Source of the DNA: Promethearchaeota archaeon | GTDB lineage: Archaea > Asgardarchaeota > Thorarchaeia > Thorarchaeales > Thorarchaeaceae | Length of the DNA: 10,550 nucleotides | Assembly: GCA_027031765.1 (NCBI GenBank) | Contig: JALVPN010000170.1 | Coordinates: 1-10,550 of the forward strand | Reading direction: 5' to 3' | Shown here: one piece after another, positions 7,258 through 10,550 of the stretch | How positions within the stretch are numbered: position 1 is the first letter of the stretch | Layout: each line of letters opens with the position of its first letter | Translations under genes and position numbers: made by a program | Notes under the pieces: generated by a model | Seen by the model: only the letters and a program-made list of their open reading frames with translations | Database searches by the model: none | Told to the model about the DNA's origin: nothing

Positions 7258-7264
7258 CTTAAAG
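7258..7264. promoter_or_regulatory. Putative bidirectional TATA core (CTTAAAG / CTTTAAG)
   Basis: The only AT-rich core between two divergent genes, about 30 nt from ATG 7228 (-) and 25-30 nt from ATG 7289 (+). Confidence 0.45.
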
Positions 7265-7288
7265 GCTGGTAAGGCAGGACTCTGACAC

Positions 7289-7576
7289 ATGGACACGCGG
7301 TATGTCCCACTGGTGCTGGCCCACCTCTTCAGGAAACTCGGCCCGGAGGTCGCGCTGGAGGACGCGGTGGCCTATCTGTCATTCAGGTGCAGGTACGGCC
7401 CGCCCACCGAGATCCGGAAACTGTTGACGGTGGCCCTGGAGAACGAGATGATATCACGCAGAGGGGACACCATCGTGGCCGAGTTCATGTATGACAGTCA
7501 ATATCTCAGCCCAGACCAGCCGGCTGCCCTAGAGGGAAGGGTCCGCATCGGGGGGAATGTGAGACCAATGTACTAG
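7289..7576 (+). CDS. DUF2240-like archaeal protein
   Basis: Pattern LAHLFRKLG...AYLSFRCRYGPPTEIRKLLTVALENEMISRRGDTIVAEF resembles the DUF2240 N-terminal winged-helix region (LS-x-x-x-x-W/Y-x-x-P-x-x-A/I-x-x-L...F). 95 aa. Recognised by eye. Confidence 0.7.
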   Translation: MDTRYVPLVLAHLFRKLGPEVALEDAVAYLSFRCRYGPPTEIRKLLTVALENEMISRRGDTIVAEFMYDSQYLSPDQPAALEGRVRIGGNVRPMY

Positions 7577-7614
7577 GGGGATGTGGACGACCTACTAGGG
7601 GGATGTGGACGACC
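7571..7614 (+). repeat. Perfect 22-bp tandem direct repeat (TACTAGGGGGATGTGGACGACC x2)
   Basis: 7571-7592 is identical to 7593-7614. The first copy contains the last codon and TAG stop of 7289..7576. Confidence 0.95.
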
Positions 7615-7681
7615 AGCAGGGGCGGCGGGATGTCCTGTGACGACTGGGACAGCATAGCGGCACTGTACCTAGGAGCAGCGC

Positions 7682-8794
7682 TCATGAGGGCGCGGGGCAC
7701 CTTGCAGCAATCGATGCTATGAGGGCACTGAGGTGTACGAACGGGTTCCGGGCCTGGGTCATGCGGTGGTCAATCTCTGCGAACCGCTGTAGGAGCGCCC
7801 TTGTGGTCTCGTCATCCAGGGGCATCACGATGAGTTCGTGGGCCATCTCAAGGAGGACTTCGTGCGGGTCATAGCCCTCCAACGCAAGGAGATGCTTCAT
7901 CAGGTCGCGCGAACGTACGAAGTCGCCCCTGACAGCGAGGGCAACAACCTCCCGGGCCGCCTCTGAGAGCCTCCAGCGGGAGCACTCGAAGACCGTGTCC
8001 TCAGTGACCCTGTCCGTCCCAGTGGCACATATCTGGAGGAGGTCGATGGCACGGCGGTAGTCGCCACGGGCCTCACGCGCAATTGCAGCAATGGCCAGGT
8101 CATCGACTGCAACGTCCTCGGCGGAGGCGACCCTGCGAACAAGGGACTCAATCGACTCCCTGGAGCCGGCACGGAACCTCACCATCAGGCACCGGGAGAG
8201 CACAGCGGGCGACCAGCCTGAGACCGTTGGAGTGATGAGGATGAACCTGCAGGCGCGGTTGTAGACCTCCATCGTCCTGCGCAGTGCCTGTTGCATGTTG
8301 TTGTCGAGAGCGTCGGCCTCGTCCAGTACGAGCACCTTCTCCCTTTCCGTCGTCAGGGCCAGCGTGGAGGCGAAGAGGCGTATTGCGGCCTGCAGTAGCT
8401 GGCTCTTGTTTGGTTCCCGCCGGATGTCGTGGGTCTTGAGCTCGTCTTTTGCTTCCCGATACACGGCCGACATGTACTCATCGAGGTCGCTACGTGCAGC
8501 CCTGTCAAGCTTTGCGAGGGCCTGCACAGGCCGCTTCGCCTTTGCCAGTGTGAACTCCCTGAGGTCACGGATGTTCAGGATCTTGAAGTTGTTGTCAAAG
8601 TCGTCCCCAAGGAGCGCCTGCGCAAAGAGGACAGCGGCTGAGGTCTTGCCGGTCCCGTATGGGCCGTAGAAGACCATGTTCGGACACACGTTACTGGAAG
8701 CAAGCCGCTTGAGCTGTGACACCGCGGCGTCCTGACCGACGAAGTCCGACCATGTCTTTGGGGCGTACTTCATGCTCCAGAGTACGTGTTCCAT
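7682..8794 (-). CDS. rfcS: Replication factor C small-subunit paralog (clamp loader AAA+), divergent, with internal insertion
   Basis: WSMKYAPKTWSDFVGQ (RFC box II), Walker A GPYGTGKT, Walker B LDEADAL, QQALRRTME, RFIL, SRC arginine finger, GDYRRAIDLLQ and a collar-domain C-terminus. Start 8794 (MEHVLW) fits the usual position of box II; the in-frame ATG 8863 overlaps the upstream stop. Confidence 0.92.
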   Translation of the reverse strand: MEHVLWSMKYAPKTWSDFVGQDAAVSQLKRLASSNVCPNMVFYGPYGTGKTSAAVLFAQALLGDDFDNNFKILNIRDLREFTLAKAKRPVQALAKLDRAARSDLDEYMSAVYREAKDELKTHDIRREPNKSQLLQAAIRLFASTLALTTEREKVLVLDEADALDNNMQQALRRTMEVYNRACRFILITPTVSGWSPAVLSRCLMVRFRAGSRESIESLVRRVASAEDVAVDDLAIAAIAREARGDYRRAIDLLQICATGTDRVTEDTVFECSRWRLSEAAREVVALAVRGDFVRSRDLMKHLLALEGYDPHEVLLEMAHELIVMPLDDETTRALLQRFAEIDHRMTQARNPFVHLSALIASIAARCPAPS

Positions 8795-8825
8795 GCGGGC
8801 ACCACCAGGTGGATGGTGGCCACCC

Positions 8826-8833
8826 AAGATAAG
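8826..8833 (-). promoter_or_regulatory. Putative TATA-like box (CTTATCTT on minus strand) for the RFC paralog
   Basis: AT-rich octamer 32-39 nt upstream of ATG 8794. Confidence 0.35.
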
Positions 8834-8859
8834 CATGTCTGCTCCTGCCGGGGCCAGTG

Positions 8860-10200
8860 TCATACCATCGATGCCAAGGTCTCGGAGGCGTCATCGGGGT
8901 CGAAGATGAAGGCGTTGAAGTGCCCACCGACTGCTCTCCTGAGCTCCTCTAGGCGTTGCTTCTTGACCTGGTCACTGAAGGGCCACTTGTGTTCGGGCTT
9001 TGGTGTAATCCCCAGACGCTTGCATGCCTGGACAATGTCCATCACGACCTCGAACAGCTCGCGCCCGGACATGGAGGCCGGCCGTATCTCACGTGAGTGC
9101 ATTATCAGGCCGTAGGCCGGGGTGTTGTCGCCGAGGTACCACTTGCTGGGGGCGTGGCCGTACTTCGCGAAGGGCTCCATGCCATGACTGCGGAGGAGGG
9201 CCGTGAGCTCCTCAACGCTGCGATGCATGTTCACGAGGCTGTCATCATGGAGGCCGTAGCCCTCAAAGAGCGCCACCTGGATACCATCACGGGGGTTCCT
9301 CTTGGGGAGCTTCAGCCTGATGTCCTTCATCTCCTGGAGCCGGGACGGGGACAGCAGTTCGAGGCGTCCTGTGTCCTGCAGGTCGCACTCCGTGCCTTCG
9401 GGGAACTCAAGGATGAGCAGCGGCGGCGCCAGGTCTTCGCGGACATCGTCATGGGCGAACACGATGGCCTCGCCGTACCGTATTGGACACTCCTGCCGTA
9501 TCATCTGTGAGAGTGCTGCCCCCATGGCGTCGTAGTCTCCGAACTCAACGAGGCCACCCTGGAGGCGCTCGGTGCTGATAGGACGGATAGCCAGGCGGAG
9601 CTCGGTGATGAAGCCCAGGGTGCCGTGGGAGGCGGCCACATCATCGAGGGTCATGTGGCAACGTGTGAGTGCAGCCTCAATCTCTGGGTCATCACACTTG
9701 ACGCCGTGCCCGTCGACCACTAGGCGTGCACCGTTATAGAGCACCATCCGGACGCGGAGGGTGTTGTCGCGCATTGTCCCGTTGCTCCACGTGTCGTTCC
9801 CACCGCCATCTGTGGACAGGATGCCGCCGACTGTGGCAATGTCGCGGCTGCTCGGCGCCACCCAGAAACGCATCCCCAGTGGCTCGAGGAGGGCATTGAT
9901 CTCGTCCGGTGTAGCACCCGGCTGGACATCCACATAGCCCTGGTCGCGGGAAACAGTGATGACGCTGTCCATCCGGAGGCTGCTAATCACGATGCGTTCG
10001 TGGTTGCCACCGGTACACGCGCCACTGAGGCCCGAACCACCTCCTTTGGGCGTGACCTCAAGGCCCTGTTCCCTTGCCCTTCTGACCAGCTCTACGACCT
10101 CGTCCTCAGACCGGGGATAGAACATACCCCGTACCCGTGAGAAGTCAAGACGGTAGTACATAGACGCATTTGCACCAGCCATGATGTCGCGGAGTCTCAT
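8860..10200 (-). CDS. FAD-binding (PCMH/VAO-fold) oxidoreductase, GlcD / D-2-hydroxyacid dehydrogenase family
   Basis: P-x-S-x-x-E-V, TPKGGGSGLSG, VQPG, P-S-S..ATVGG and ASHGTLGFIT FAD-binding motifs. C-terminal GHA...MH and EH residues match the family metal/catalytic set. ATGA overlap with the upstream CCG gene. Confidence 0.88.
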   Translation of the reverse strand: MRLRDIMAGANASMYYRLDFSRVRGMFYPRSEDEVVELVRRAREQGLEVTPKGGGSGLSGACTGGNHERIVISSLRMDSVITVSRDQGYVDVQPGATPDEINALLEPLGMRFWVAPSSRDIATVGGILSTDGGGNDTWSNGTMRDNTLRVRMVLYNGARLVVDGHGVKCDDPEIEAALTRCHMTLDDVAASHGTLGFITELRLAIRPISTERLQGGLVEFGDYDAMGAALSQMIRQECPIRYGEAIVFAHDDVREDLAPPLLILEFPEGTECDLQDTGRLELLSPSRLQEMKDIRLKLPKRNPRDGIQVALFEGYGLHDDSLVNMHRSVEELTALLRSHGMEPFAKYGHAPSKWYLGDNTPAYGLIMHSREIRPASMSGRELFEVVMDIVQACKRLGITPKPEHKWPFSDQVKKQRLEELRRAVGGHFNAFIFDPDDASETLASMV

Positions 10201-10550
10201 CGGTCACCACCACCGGGAGTGCCCTCGCTGTCACTACGACCCATGAGCGCACGTTCCACGAGCTCCACTATGTCCACCGTAGCAACGTCGTTGGACAGGA
10301 ACTGCTCCCGGCACGACGGGCAACATGTGACGACCGTTGTCCCACGGAGCCGTTCTTTCTGGGCCCGGCGCACCATGATCGTGTCGCTCATCTCAGGGTC
10401 GCTGGAGCGGAGCAGGCCACCGCCACCGCAACAGCTGGGCTCAAGCTCACGGAACTCGACCCCCATCTTGTTGAGGAGGGAGCGCGGCTGTGTCCGGACC
10501 CCACAGAGCCTGTGCAGCTCGCACGGGTCATGGTATGCCATGGGGGTGGG
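10197..10550 (-). CDS. Cysteine-rich CCG-domain Fe-S protein (GlcF/GlpC/HdrD-like), 5' part outside window
   Basis: YHDPC, CCGGGG and TCCPSC motifs. The frame stays open to the right window edge (...PTPMAYHDPC). Its TGA overlaps the ATG of the FAD oxidoreductase. Confidence 0.9.
   Translation of the reverse strand, partial: PTPMAYHDPCELHRLCGVRTQPRSLLNKMGVEFRELEPSCCGGGGLLRSSDPEMSDTIMVRRAQKERLRGTTVVTCCPSCREQFLSNDVATVDIVELVERALMGRSDSEGTPGGGDR

Noticed and set aside
7571-7614. CRISPR array
   Set aside because: Only two directly adjacent copies with no spacer, and no cas genes nearby.
8384-8563. Intein in RFC (a common intein host)
   Set aside because: Too short, not at the Walker A insertion site, and lacking the N-terminal Cys/Ser and C-terminal His-Asn motifs.
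8795-8863. 23-aa N-terminal extension of the RFC paralog (ATG 8863 overlapping the upstream TGA)
   Set aside because: The extension is low-complexity, RFC box II normally lies within a few residues of the start, and a TATA-like box sits inside the extension. Translational coupling cannot be fully excluded.

Overview
GC-rich archaeal chromosomal segment. The archaeal call rests on an RFC small subunit, a DUF2240-like protein and TATA-like boxes about 25-45 nt upstream of start codons. An Asgard (Thorarchaeota-like) origin is plausible but is inference only. Left to right: a 5'-truncated radical SAM/SPASM enzyme; a fold-type III PLP enzyme of the D-serine dehydratase/D-threonine aldolase group; a 2-TM protein with tandem winged-helix (PCI-like) domains and a double zinc ribbon; a small AbrB-like/ACT-like protein; a decayed MFS transporter remnant that is not in the ORF track (one frameshift plus an in-frame TAG); a long-form XPB/Rad25 helicase with the N-terminal domain typical of bacterial and eukaryotic XPB; an APH/choline-kinase-fold phosphotransferase divergent from a DUF2240-like gene across one shared AT-rich core; a perfect 22-bp tandem duplication; a divergent RFC small-subunit paralog with a ~50-aa insertion replacing the NASD region; and an overlapping CCG Fe-S protein / GlcD-like FAD oxidoreductase pair. 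No rRNA, tRNA, CRISPR array or mobile element is evident. The most interesting items are the unusual DNA-handling genes (long XPB with no visible partner, insertion-bearing RFC paralog), the membrane-anchored PCI-like protein and the hidden MFS pseudogene. I could not establish a single new multi-gene system from sequence alone.
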